Shown in pieces: positions 1-8,149 of a DNA stretch of 55,297 bases (position 1 is the stretch's first letter; each line of letters starts with the position of its first letter). Origin of the DNA: Candidatus Zambryskibacteria bacterium RIFCSPLOWO2_02_FULL_51_21 (GTDB lineage Bacteria; Patescibacteriota; Minisyncoccia; Phycocordibacterales; Zambryskibacteraceae). The position numbers and the translations under genes are program-made. Below the pieces are notes generated by a model. That model had not been told where the DNA came from. It saw only the letters and a program-made list of their open reading frames with translations, and searched no databases. Location: the NCBI GenBank assembly GCA_001824255.1, contig MHWQ01000002.1:1-55297 (forward strand). Reading direction: 5' to 3'.

Positions 1-2
1 CC

Positions 3-1595
3 ACTCTCGGCTTCCTGCAAGGATTCCTTTCAACCGCTTCTTCCACCATCAATGCCAATCTTACAATCACCGGCAATTCCACCACGACGGATGCCACTTC
101 AACCAATTTCTTCTCAACCACCGCTTCCTCCACCAATCTCTACTCCTCCATTCTCACAGTAGGAGGTACGGGACTGATAGTTGATTCGCTCAAAAGAGTG
201 GGAATCGGGGTAACCCCGACTTATCGCTTAGATATTTTAGATTCTTCAGCCGGTAATAGAGGAATCAATGTTGCCATGACTGGAACTTCTGGTACCATCC
301 TTGGCGGTGTCTTCTCTGCTACCGGAGTTTCTACTACCAATATCGCTGGTTACTTTGCTGCTTCCGGCGCTTCAGGAGGCAACATAGGTGTCCAAATTGC
401 CGGGCCTGGTGAAGGAACTAACAACTTCTCCTTATACGTTCCGGCCTTAGCAAAGAGTTACTTTGCCGGAAGCGTAGGTATCGGTACGACCACACCCTCG
501 TCTAGACTCTCGGTCGCGGGAGCTCCCGGAGGTACCGTGCCGCTCTTTATGGTCAGCAGTTCCACCGCTGCTTTCGCCACCACGACGGTTTTCCAGATAG
601 ATAGTAATGGCATCACCACTATCGGCGATGTTGCTGGCACGGGCGATGCGGTCTTCCAATTCGCCAACGACACCAACGCCTGGTCCATGGGTTATTATTC
701 GACAAACAAATCTTTCCGTATTGCTTCCTCAACAAACTTAACAGCCAATGTTTACTTAGAGATAGGTAAGACTGGCTCGACGACTTTGAGTTCCGGCATT
801 GGTTCGGTTGTCGGTACAGACCAGTCGCTATGCATCGACGGGGCTACATTTGAAGTTACTAGACAGGCGGGTGATACTTGCGCGGCTTCGTCGGCTCGAT
901 ACAAGCACGATATTGTGCCGCTAGGCATAGAAGGCCTTGAGCTTCTGCGAACATTCAGGCCCGTCTCGTTCATCTATAACAGTGATGCGTCCAGTACGAT
1001 TCATTGGGGCTTCATTGCGGAAGAAATGGCCTCGACCAGCCCGCAACTTGCCGCATACAACGACGATGGCAGCGTGCAAACTATTAATCTTACTGGTATC
1101 ACTTCGGTTCTTGCGAAGTCGATGAAAGAACTCGACCTCAATCTGGAGACTCTCATTTCCGAAACAGCGAACTCGACTTCAGCTTCTATAAATTTCGCCA
1201 ACCGCTTCATGGATTCTCTTAAGACGAAATTGGCGAACTGGTTTGCCGACGCGACGAACGGCATTACTAAGTTCTTCGCGAAGGAGGTGCATACCGACAC
1301 GCTTTGCGTTAAAAAATCAGATGGCCAGGATATCTGTATTACCGGCGACCAGCTCTCGGCTCTCCTCTCCGGCTCTTATTCGACTCCCGGAACAGTAACT
1401 GTCATATCTCCAGCACCAACACCTGAACCCACGCCGGAACCGACGGCCTCCTCGACAGAACCTGTAACGGAACCTGTGCCGGAACCGACAGCGTCTTCAA
1501 CCGAACCAACCATAGAGCCGGTTGCACCTTCTGTCGAGCCAATAACAGAACTGGCGCCGACCGTTGAACCAGCTCCTGAACCAACCACGCCATGA
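3..1595 (+). CDS. Tail-fibre-like surface protein, 5'-truncated by the window edge. Its C-terminus carries a Peptidase_S74-type intramolecular chaperone/autoprotease module plus a Thr/Pro/Glu-rich tail.
   Basis: The frame of ORF 198..1595 stays open back to nt 3 (TLGFLQGFLSTASSTINANLTITGNSTTTDATSTNFF...), so the gene enters from upstream. The VGIGTTTPSSRLSV motif is shared with the giant protein at 39693..44657. SSARYKHDIVPL...HWGFIAEEM...TGITSVLAKSMKEL (nt ~888-1150) matches the SDxRxKxxI...GxIAQE pattern of phage tail-spike chaperone domains. The tail is PEPTPEPTASSTEPVTEP repeats. Confidence 0.7.
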   Translation, partial: TLGFLQGFLSTASSTINANLTITGNSTTTDATSTNFFSTTASSTNLYSSILTVGGTGLIVDSLKRVGIGVTPTYRLDILDSSAGNRGINVAMTGTSGTILGGVFSATGVSTTNIAGYFAASGASGGNIGVQIAGPGEGTNNFSLYVPALAKSYFAGSVGIGTTTPSSRLSVAGAPGGTVPLFMVSSSTAAFATTTVFQIDSNGITTIGDVAGTGDAVFQFANDTNAWSMGYYSTNKSFRIASSTNLTANVYLEIGKTGSTTLSSGIGSVVGTDQSLCIDGATFEVTRQAGDTCAASSARYKHDIVPLGIEGLELLRTFRPVSFIYNSDASSTIHWGFIAEEMASTSPQLAAYNDDGSVQTINLTGITSVLAKSMKELDLNLETLISETANSTSASINFANRFMDSLKTKLANWFADATNGITKFFAKEVHTDTLCVKKSDGQDICITGDQLSALLSGSYSTPGTVTVISPAPTPEPTPEPTASSTEPVTEPVPEPTASSTEPTIEPVAPSVEPITELAPTVEPAPEPTTP

Positions 1596-2947
1596 TGAAA
1601 GAATTTCTGAAAAAATTTGCAGCGATTGTTCTCATGTTTATCTGGGTATTTTCCGGTTATCCTGGTACTTTTTTTAATAAAATTCAGCCTGTATATGCTG
1701 CTACTAATGATTCGACAGTAGAGGTGTTGGGTGGAGGAGGTGGAGGTGGTGTCGTAAGTGGGCAGGCAGGTGGTGGAGGCGGTGGTGGTGAGTACCACAG
1801 ATGTACAGAAACTCTGTCGGTTCAATCTTATACTGTAACTGTTGGTGCAGGAGGTTCGGCAGATGCTAACCCCAATGTGGAAACAGATAGTATATTCTCA
1901 GGGACAGGAATATCCGTAACCGCAGACGGGGGTGGGGGGACTGGAAGTGCAACGGCAGGAACCGCAGGAACAGGCGGGACTGTTACAGGATGCGATGTTG
2001 GACCGACAACTTTCGCTGGTGGTGGAGCGGGTGGAGGAATTACAGCTGACTATGGCGGGGGGGCAGGAGGTGGAGCAGGATATGGAGGCATCGGAGGAAA
2101 TGGTGTTGTCGCAGTTTCGGGTCGTGGTGGCGGAGGCGGTGGAGGCGGAGGTGAGAGTGGGGCAGGGCAAAACGCAAGTGCCGCAACAGGCGGTACGGCT
2201 GGTGTCGGTGGAGGCGGAACAGGTGGAAATGCTGGAACCGGTGATGTAAACGGCTCTAAAGGCACAGATGGTGTTCCAGCTACTTATCATATAGTGGGAG
2301 GAGGTGGTGGAGGAGGTAGCGGAGGAGCGGGAGCCCGGGTCGGCGGCGCTTGTAGTTTGCCTGGTGGCGGGTCAGGTGGTGGAGAAGGCGCAGGTGCAGG
2401 AGCTGGCTGTAGAGGAGAAGTAAGAATCATCTATGTTGATTCGGAAATAGCTGCAACCGGCGGAACAGAGACAACAAGTGGAATTTATAGAATTCATACA
2501 TTTACTACATCTGGTACGTTCCAAGTAACTTCCGTAACTGTATCTGTAACTCCTCCAACCGTCCAGACCAACGCGGAAGGTACTGTTACCGTGAGCACGG
2601 CCGTCTTGAACGGCAATATCACTAATGACGGCGGGGAGACGGGAGCGGGCACCGAATACGGCTTCGCCTGGGGAACTTCTCTGACACTTTCAGGTAGCGA
2701 CACTTCCACCACTACGCTCGGGAATTATTCCGCCACAGGGGCCTTCAGCCAGACTATATTTACTCTCAGGGCGGGTATTACCTATTACTTCCGCGCATAT
2801 GCTACCAACTCTGCTGGCACAGGATTCGGTGCCATAGACAACGGCTTTACGACGGGGACGGATACTTCCGTCACCCGCAGAATCAGATTATTTGACAAGG
2901 TTAGAATCAAATTCATTGAAGGCAGGATAAAGCTCATAGGCCAGTAA
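1592..2947 (+). CDS. Glycine-rich domain surface protein with an Fn3-like C-terminal module
   Basis: ATGA start/stop overlap with the upstream fibre gene. N-terminal hydrophobic anchor (FAAIVLMFIWVFSGY). Long poly-Gly/GGxGG tracts. The YRIHTFTTSGTFQVT motif is typical of phage-associated glycine-rich domain proteins. Fn3-like end (GITYYFRAYATNSAGTGFG). Confidence 0.6.
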   Translation: MMKEFLKKFAAIVLMFIWVFSGYPGTFFNKIQPVYAATNDSTVEVLGGGGGGGVVSGQAGGGGGGGEYHRCTETLSVQSYTVTVGAGGSADANPNVETDSIFSGTGISVTADGGGGTGSATAGTAGTGGTVTGCDVGPTTFAGGGAGGGITADYGGGAGGGAGYGGIGGNGVVAVSGRGGGGGGGGGESGAGQNASAATGGTAGVGGGGTGGNAGTGDVNGSKGTDGVPATYHIVGGGGGGGSGGAGARVGGACSLPGGGSGGGEGAGAGAGCRGEVRIIYVDSEIAATGGTETTSGIYRIHTFTTSGTFQVTSVTVSVTPPTVQTNAEGTVTVSTAVLNGNITNDGGETGAGTEYGFAWGTSLTLSGSDTSTTTLGNYSATGAFSQTIFTLRAGITYYFRAYATNSAGTGFGAIDNGFTTGTDTSVTRRIRLFDKVRIKFIEGRIKLIGQ

Positions 2948-2957
2948 AAGTATTTAC

Positions 2958-3479
2958 ATGAAGAATCTTTCTTTGCTCTGGTCTATTGGAGTCGTGGCTC
3001 TTTTTATCGCGGGCATCTTTTTCTTTTCTCGTAACGACCAGACGGCTGTCACTATGCCCGAGATTGTGCCGGAAGGATATGCTAAGTATGAGAATCAGAA
3101 ATACGGCTTCTATCTCTACCATCCGCCGGCAGCTGTTATAAAGGAATATGAGGAGGGCGGGGGAGCTAGGACTATCACTTTGGAAGACCTCGGAAGCTCC
3201 CAAGGACTTCAAATTTTTATCGTGCCTTACCAGGATCAGATGATAACCGACGAGCGTTTCAAGAGAGACGTGCCTTCCGGAGTAAGACTCAATATGGAGA
3301 ATAGCTCAGTAGGTTTGCCTCAAGTTCCGGCGGTTGTCTTCGACAGTCAAGACCAATTTCTCGGCGAGACGAGGGAAGCCTGGTTCATATACGGTGGCTA
3401 TCTTTATGAAATAACCACTCTCAAGAGTTCGGAAGATTGGATGTCGAGTGTCTTGGGGACTTGGAGGTTTACAAATTAG
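2958..3479 (+). CDS. Hypothetical membrane-anchored protein
   Basis: 173-aa ORF with a single N-terminal TM helix (LLWSIGVVALFIAGIFFF). I recognise no family motif. It is co-directional within the surface-protein cluster. Confidence 0.5.
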   Translation: MKNLSLLWSIGVVALFIAGIFFFSRNDQTAVTMPEIVPEGYAKYENQKYGFYLYHPPAAVIKEYEEGGGARTITLEDLGSSQGLQIFIVPYQDQMITDERFKRDVPSGVRLNMENSSVGLPQVPAVVFDSQDQFLGETREAWFIYGGYLYEITTLKSSEDWMSSVLGTWRFTN

Positions 3480-3493
3480 GGTACAATTAATAG

Positions 3494-4789
3494 ATGCGCG
3501 GGAAGATTCTTTTGGCAATATTTTTATTGGTGCCGGTTCTCTTATCGGCGCAAACTTATTCTTCCGACAATTTCCAAGTTACCGCTCCAGCGGTATATCC
3601 GGGCGGATATTCTTCCTCCGACACTTTCAAACTTACGGGAGTGATTTCCCAATTCGCCATAGGCACTTCCACCATTACAAGTTTCAGCCTCTTTCCCGGT
3701 TTTCTCTACTTCCCCTTCGTCTCCACTCCTACTGTGACCGCCACAGCTGGGGCGCAACAAGTAGCACTCTCATGGACAGCAGCGGACGCTTCGACTGGCT
3801 GGTCTGTGGGCCAATACTCTGTCGGCCAAGCTACTGTAACCGGCGGGCCTTATACATTTACCAATGTGGGCAATGTGCTTTCCTCGACTCCCACAGGACT
3901 TACCGCCGGCACGCCGTATTATTTTGTCATCCGCGTTTTGGATGCTCTCAATAATACTATCGCTACTTCTACAGAAGTGTCGGCAACTCCGACTGCTCCA
4001 GCTTCTCCGCCAACTGGCGGAGGCAGTAGTGGAGGCGGTGGCGGAGGGCAAGTGAATTATGCAACGGGAGGAATTAATTTCTCAGGTCGCGCGTATCCCA
4101 GAAGCACTATTACTGTTCTCAAGGATGCCCAAGTGGCGGCCACGAGTATTGCTGACGCCGCTTCCAATTTCTATGTTTCCTTAAGCACCCTCTCGGCCGG
4201 CAACTATTTCTTCTCTGTTTATAGCGAGGACAACCAGGGCAACCGGTCTAGTCTTGTCACTTTCCCAGTAAGTGTCACGGCCGGGGTGGTAACCAATGTG
4301 GCAGGTATCTTCATCGCCCCGACCCTTGCGGTAGATAAGTCTCAGGTCAGGAAGGGGGACGACATCGCCATCTTCGGTCAGACGACGGCTCAGGCCGAAG
4401 TTACTATTCAGGTCAATTCCGACGAGCCTTATTTTGCCAAGACACCCTCTGATGCCAATGGCGTATATCTCTACAACTTCGACACGGCACCTCTCGAATA
4501 TGGCGACCACAGTACCAAGTCCAAGGCGGCCAAGGGCACCGAGATAAGTTCCTACAGCGCCGCGGTGCCATTCGTCGTCGGCAATACCAGTATCTTCGCG
4601 GTTCTTACCAAGAAGAAGGCTCCCATAAGAGGGGATGTGAATGGCGATGGCCGGGTCAACCTCGTGGACTTCTCCATCTCGGCTTATTGGTACAACCGTT
4701 CAAGTCCGTCGAAAAATGTCGATATCAACGGCGACGGCAAGGTGAACTTAGTCGACTTCTCCATCATGGCGTTTAATTGGACAGGGTAG
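3494..4789 (+). CDS. Secreted Fn3/Ig-like repeat protein with a C-terminal type-I dockerin
   Basis: Signal peptide MRGKILLAIFLLVPVLLSAQ. Fn3-like segment (LSWTAADASTGW...GTPYYFVIRVLD). Gly/Ser linker. Two Ig-like segments. Duplicated calcium-binding dockerin segments GDVNGDGRVNLVDFS and VDINGDGKVNLVDFS at nt 4631-4786. Confidence 0.8.
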   Translation: MRGKILLAIFLLVPVLLSAQTYSSDNFQVTAPAVYPGGYSSSDTFKLTGVISQFAIGTSTITSFSLFPGFLYFPFVSTPTVTATAGAQQVALSWTAADASTGWSVGQYSVGQATVTGGPYTFTNVGNVLSSTPTGLTAGTPYYFVIRVLDALNNTIATSTEVSATPTAPASPPTGGGSSGGGGGGQVNYATGGINFSGRAYPRSTITVLKDAQVAATSIADAASNFYVSLSTLSAGNYFFSVYSEDNQGNRSSLVTFPVSVTAGVVTNVAGIFIAPTLAVDKSQVRKGDDIAIFGQTTAQAEVTIQVNSDEPYFAKTPSDANGVYLYNFDTAPLEYGDHSTKSKAAKGTEISSYSAAVPFVVGNTSIFAVLTKKKAPIRGDVNGDGRVNLVDFSISAYWYNRSSPSKNVDINGDGKVNLVDFSIMAFNWTG

Positions 4790-4852
4790 TGAAAGTTAGC
4801 GTCGCGCCAGCGCGCAGAACTTCGTTCTGCAACGCCAACTTCTACTACCCTG
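4782..4852. other. Long imperfect hairpin spanning the dockerin stop codon and the leader of the GIY-YIG gene
   Basis: The outer arm CAGGGTAGTGAAAGTT (4782-4797) pairs with AACTTCTACTACCCTG (4837-4852) with a few mismatches. The inner perfect hairpin is GCAGAAC-TTC-GTTCTGC (4814-4830). No U-tract follows, so it is not a canonical terminator. Confidence 0.6.
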
Positions 4853-4865
4853 TGGACAGGGTAAA

Positions 4866-5138
4866 ATGAATAAGATGTTCACATACGTATATACGCTAGA
4901 AAGCCAGCAAGCCAAAAACCTGTATATAGGTTTTTCTGGCGATTTAAGAAAAAGGTTGAATTACCATAATAATGGGTTGAATAAATCAACCAAGCCGTAC
5001 AGGCCTTGGAAATTGATTTTCTATGAAGCATACTTAAACGAAGCTGATGCAAAAAGGCGCGAAAAATATTTGAAAAGTAGCCAAGGATCAAGATTATTAA
5101 AGCGTATGCTTAAGGAATATTTTTATGAATCAAAATAA
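4866..5138 (+). CDS. GIY-YIG nuclease family protein (small UPF0213-like)
   Basis: YVYTLES..LYIGFSGDLRKRLNYHN...WKLIFYEAY..EADAKRREKYLKS is the GIY-YIG pattern. The gene is strongly AT-rich: I counted 18/60 G+C in the line starting at 4921, against 34/60 in the line starting at 4621. Confidence 0.8.
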   Translation: MNKMFTYVYTLESQQAKNLYIGFSGDLRKRLNYHNNGLNKSTKPYRPWKLIFYEAYLNEADAKRREKYLKSSQGSRLLKRMLKEYFYESK

Positions 5139-5910
5139 ATTTTCAATTCTCAATTTTCAAGCAATACTCATTCTTTTTCTATTGCCGGTTTCCATGTCGG
5201 CCGCAACAACTGTAATAGAGATTGATACCGACAGAGAGACGGTAAATGCCGTCGAAGGCGTCGTCGAGTTGCCGAGCGGTATTCGAATAGATGAAATTTA
5301 TACCGGCAATTCAGCTGTCACCCTCTGGATTGTAGAGCCGGCTTGGGACAGGGCGGCCGGGAGGATTAAATTCGCCGGGCTTACTCCCGGCGGCTTCAGA
5401 GGCAAGTATCCGCTATTTTCTTTCTCCGGCGAATTCTCGGCTACCGATTCCGCAAGTATAGCATTCAGGAATATTACGGCTCTCCGGGCCGACGGATCGG
5501 GCACTGCAGCACCGGTCCGATTAAGAGCCGTGCCTGGCGAAGTAGCCGAAGATGCTACACCGCCCGAGCCGTTCGACATCTTGATATCAAAGACTCCAGA
5601 GACATTCGCCGGCAAGTACTTCGCCTCTTTTGTCGCCCAGGACAAGGGTACCGGCGTGGAGAATTACGAATACGCTTTAACCTGGATTCTCTCGCCTGGC
5701 GAGGGAGACTGGCAGTCGGCCGTCTCGCCTCTCATACTCGAGGATAAGGCTCTGTTTAAAAGAATATATGTTCGCGCCACGGATAAAGCGGGCAACTTCC
5801 GCGAGATATCCACACACGGCCCTTATTGGTATCCTATTCTCTTGATTAGTTCTATAATAATAGTATGCGTTCTTTTGCTCTTAAGGCGCTCTTTCTATCC
5901 ACGCTCCTAA
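5125..5910 (+). CDS. Cohesin-like domain protein with a C-terminal TM anchor
   Basis: Signal peptide (ILILFLLPVSMSA). GVVELPSGIRIDEIYTGNSAVTLWIVEPAWDRAAGRIKFAGLTPGGF parallels the cohesin-like cores of the two downstream genes. The VRATDKAGNFREIS motif is shared with 6821..8149. C-terminal TM helix YPILLISSIIIVCVLLLL. Confidence 0.6.
   Translation: MNQNKFSILNFQAILILFLLPVSMSAATTVIEIDTDRETVNAVEGVVELPSGIRIDEIYTGNSAVTLWIVEPAWDRAAGRIKFAGLTPGGFRGKYPLFSFSGEFSATDSASIAFRNITALRADGSGTAAPVRLRAVPGEVAEDATPPEPFDILISKTPETFAGKYFASFVAQDKGTGVENYEYALTWILSPGEGDWQSAVSPLILEDKALFKRIYVRATDKAGNFREISTHGPYWYPILLISSIIIVCVLLLLRRSFYPRS
5139..5159 (-). repeat. Three tandem heptamers TGAAAAT/TGAGAAT/TGAAAAT (read on the minus strand)
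   Basis: The + strand reads ATTTTCA ATTCTCA ATTTTCA. The array starts immediately after the GIY-YIG stop codon and lies inside codons 5-12 of ORF 5125. The same heptamer array occurs at 39619-39646. Confidence 0.75.
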
Positions 5911-6821
5911 TCTCGCTGTCGATTCCCGGAAGCGTTTTCGCCGATACTATCTTCATTTCTCCCATAACGGGGACTTACGCGGTGGGGCAGATGTTTTCGG
6001 TGCGCCTCATGGTCTCAAGTCCGAGGCAGTCTATCAACGCCATTTCCGGTGTACTTTCTTATCCTATAGACAAGTTACAGGTAGTCTCCATATCAAAAAT
6101 CGGTTCGGTGCTCTCGCTTTGGGTCCAGGAACCCACTTTCTCCAATTCCCAGGGCAGGGTGACGTTTGAAGGCGTGGTGCCCAATCCGGGCTTTGCCGAA
6201 TCGAACGGCAGGGTGCTTGGCGTCAACTTCAAGGTAGTCGGCACGGGGCCGGCAGACATCCGCATTACTTCCGGCTCGCTTCTTGCCAATGACGGCTACG
6301 GCACCAATGTCTTGAAAACCTTGGGCACGGCCTCGTTTATTCTCGAACAAAAGGAGCTTCTGCCAGTTACTCCTCCAGCTGTATCTGAACCAGGGGACCA
6401 AGAAGTATCCGAACCGGTTTTTGCTCCGGCTCCGGTTCCAAGTGTTGGGCCAAGCGTATCCTTCAACTTCGACTTGCCGCCGCTCACCACGATTATAAAC
6501 TGGCTCATGAAATTCTTCTCTATCGTCATACCGCTCGTAGCCATTATTTTCTTCCTGATACATACCACCAAGAAGGGCGTCTCCAACATAAGGGCGGTAA
6601 GGAAAGACCTTCATACCATAGACCGGCTGGTTGAGAAATCTTTTGACCTTCTCAAGGAAGATATCAGCGAGAGCATTCATATACTCGAGAGAGCGCGAAT
6701 GAAAAGACGCCTTACCGCCGAAGAAGACGCGGTCATTCACAGTTTAAAGCAGAACCTCTTAGACGCCGAGAAAGCCATTCACCACGAGGTTATGCAGGCC
6801 GAGAAGGATGTCGGCGACTGA
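5865..6821 (+). CDS. Cohesin domain protein with a TM anchor and a charged coiled C-terminal (cytoplasmic) tail
   Basis: Signal peptide LSTLLISLSIPGSVFA. GQMFSVRLMVSS..INAISGVLSYPIDKLQVVSISK..SLWVQEPTFSNSQGRVTFEGVVPNPGF is cohesin-like. TM helix FFSIVIPLVAIIFFLI is followed by an ~85-aa helical charged tail. Confidence 0.7.
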   Translation: MRSFALKALFLSTLLISLSIPGSVFADTIFISPITGTYAVGQMFSVRLMVSSPRQSINAISGVLSYPIDKLQVVSISKIGSVLSLWVQEPTFSNSQGRVTFEGVVPNPGFAESNGRVLGVNFKVVGTGPADIRITSGSLLANDGYGTNVLKTLGTASFILEQKELLPVTPPAVSEPGDQEVSEPVFAPAPVPSVGPSVSFNFDLPPLTTIINWLMKFFSIVIPLVAIIFFLIHTTKKGVSNIRAVRKDLHTIDRLVEKSFDLLKEDISESIHILERARMKRRLTAEEDAVIHSLKQNLLDAEKAIHHEVMQAEKDVGD

Positions 6822-8149
6822 TGACAATACGCCCAATGTTAAAAATACTTCTGCTGGCCACACTCACGATTCTGGCCGGACAAGAGGCCCATGCCCAGAT
6901 AGTCAATCTCAACGCCTCGGATTTGATACCGAAGATTGAACTTTCTTTTTCCCCGCGGACAGGCAGCTTCACCGAGGGTTCCACTTTCGACATCCCGATA
7001 CTCATCAATACTAAAGGAGTCAGCGTAAACGGCGTAGAAATCAGAATAAATTTCGACAAAGACCGGCTGGAGATCGTCAAACCTTCGAGCGGGCAATCCA
7101 TAATCGGCGTCTGGGTGGAGCCGCCGAGTTACGACAATACCAGGGGCTTCGCTAATTATGTCGGCATCATTCCTTCCGGCATAACCACAAGCTCCGGCTC
7201 GATAGGGTCCATCACTTTCAGAGCCAAGAAGACCGGAAGAGCGACGTTGTCCTTCGCGGCAAGTTCGAAAGTACTTTTGAATGACGGTTTCGGCACGGAA
7301 GCGACACTTCTTCTCGGCCGATCGGAATACACAATTATCTCAAAAGCGCCGGAGGGAGTCAGAGTCGCCTCGGAGACGCACCCTTTTTCAAGTGAGTGGT
7401 ATAACAACAACAGCCCAATCTTATTCTGGGACAAGGACCCGGGAGTAACCGGCTTCAGCTACATTCTTGATGATAAGCCAACCACTATCCCCGAGAACAC
7501 TATTATCGGCAACGAAACTATCAAAGCATTTGAGAACCTGGAAGACGGCTTGTGGTATTTCCACGTCAAGGCCAACAGGAACGGCGCTTGGGGAGCGCCT
7601 GGGCATTTCCTTGTACGCATAGATACCACTCCGCCGGCCGATTTTACGCCGGAAGTCGATTATCTCCTGGCCGCGGCGATATTTACGGAGAGGGCGCTGG
7701 TATCTTTCTTCACCACCGACAATCTCTCAGGCATTGACCATTACGAGGTTGGCGTCATTGACCAGAACCAGCCGGTTACCGTCTCTCCAGTCTTCGTCCA
7801 GACCGAGAGCCCGTATCAAGTATCGCTTACAAGCGATAAGTTAAGCGTCTTGGTCCGCGCTGTCGACAAGGCCGGCAATATCCGAGATGTCTCGATACTG
7901 GTCGGACCGCCTTCTCTCATCGGCAAATTTATAAAAGATAATCTCGTCTACATCCTGCTGGCTATTATCCTGGCTGGGCTAATAGGACTTACATTCCACT
8001 ATCTCGTAGGGCATCATATAATAAGATACTTGCGCAAAGCCTCAGAACTGGTAAAAAAGGAGGAACAACAAACAAGTACCCCTGGCCCATATATAGCCCA
8101 AAAGCCCAATGAAATTACTGGTAATTACCCAGAAAGTCGACAAAAATGA
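6821..8149 (+). CDS. Cohesin domain protein with an extra Ig/Fn3-like module and a C-terminal TM anchor
   Basis: Signal peptide. GSTFDIPILINTKGVSVNGVEIRINFDKDRLEIVKPSSGQSIIGVWVEPPSYDNTRGFANYVGIIP is cohesin-like. It has a WYFHVKANRNGAWG...RIDTTPP module and the TM helix LVYILLAIILAGLIGLTF. Confidence 0.7.
   Translation: MTIRPMLKILLLATLTILAGQEAHAQIVNLNASDLIPKIELSFSPRTGSFTEGSTFDIPILINTKGVSVNGVEIRINFDKDRLEIVKPSSGQSIIGVWVEPPSYDNTRGFANYVGIIPSGITTSSGSIGSITFRAKKTGRATLSFAASSKVLLNDGFGTEATLLLGRSEYTIISKAPEGVRVASETHPFSSEWYNNNSPILFWDKDPGVTGFSYILDDKPTTIPENTIIGNETIKAFENLEDGLWYFHVKANRNGAWGAPGHFLVRIDTTPPADFTPEVDYLLAAAIFTERALVSFFTTDNLSGIDHYEVGVIDQNQPVTVSPVFVQTESPYQVSLTSDKLSVLVRAVDKAGNIRDVSILVGPPSLIGKFIKDNLVYILLAIILAGLIGLTFHYLVGHHIIRYLRKASELVKKEEQQTSTPGPYIAQKPNEITGNYPESRQK

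Noticed and set aside
1898-2290. Cys/Ser-rich and Pro-rich antisense or alternate-frame ORFs (1898-2290, 2050-2265, 1932-2249) within the glycine-rich gene
   Set aside because: They are reverse or shifted readings of GGN-rich low-complexity DNA (poly-Gly read as poly-Pro). The + frame, with its signal anchor, ATGA coupling and Fn3 end, is the coherent one.
3448-3954. A 168-aa plus-strand ORF overlapping the dockerin-protein gene out of frame
   Set aside because: The overlapping frame (3494-4789) has a signal peptide, Fn3 and dockerin motifs. This frame has none.
1-8149. A prophage or phage-tail-like particle interpretation of the fibre/glycine-rich gene cluster
   Set aside because: No capsid, portal, terminase, sheath/tube, baseplate, lysis or integrase genes occur in the window. 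The fibre genes carry TM anchors, signal peptides or cohesin/dockerin partners, which points to cellular surface structures. The 5' flank is outside the window and was not seen.
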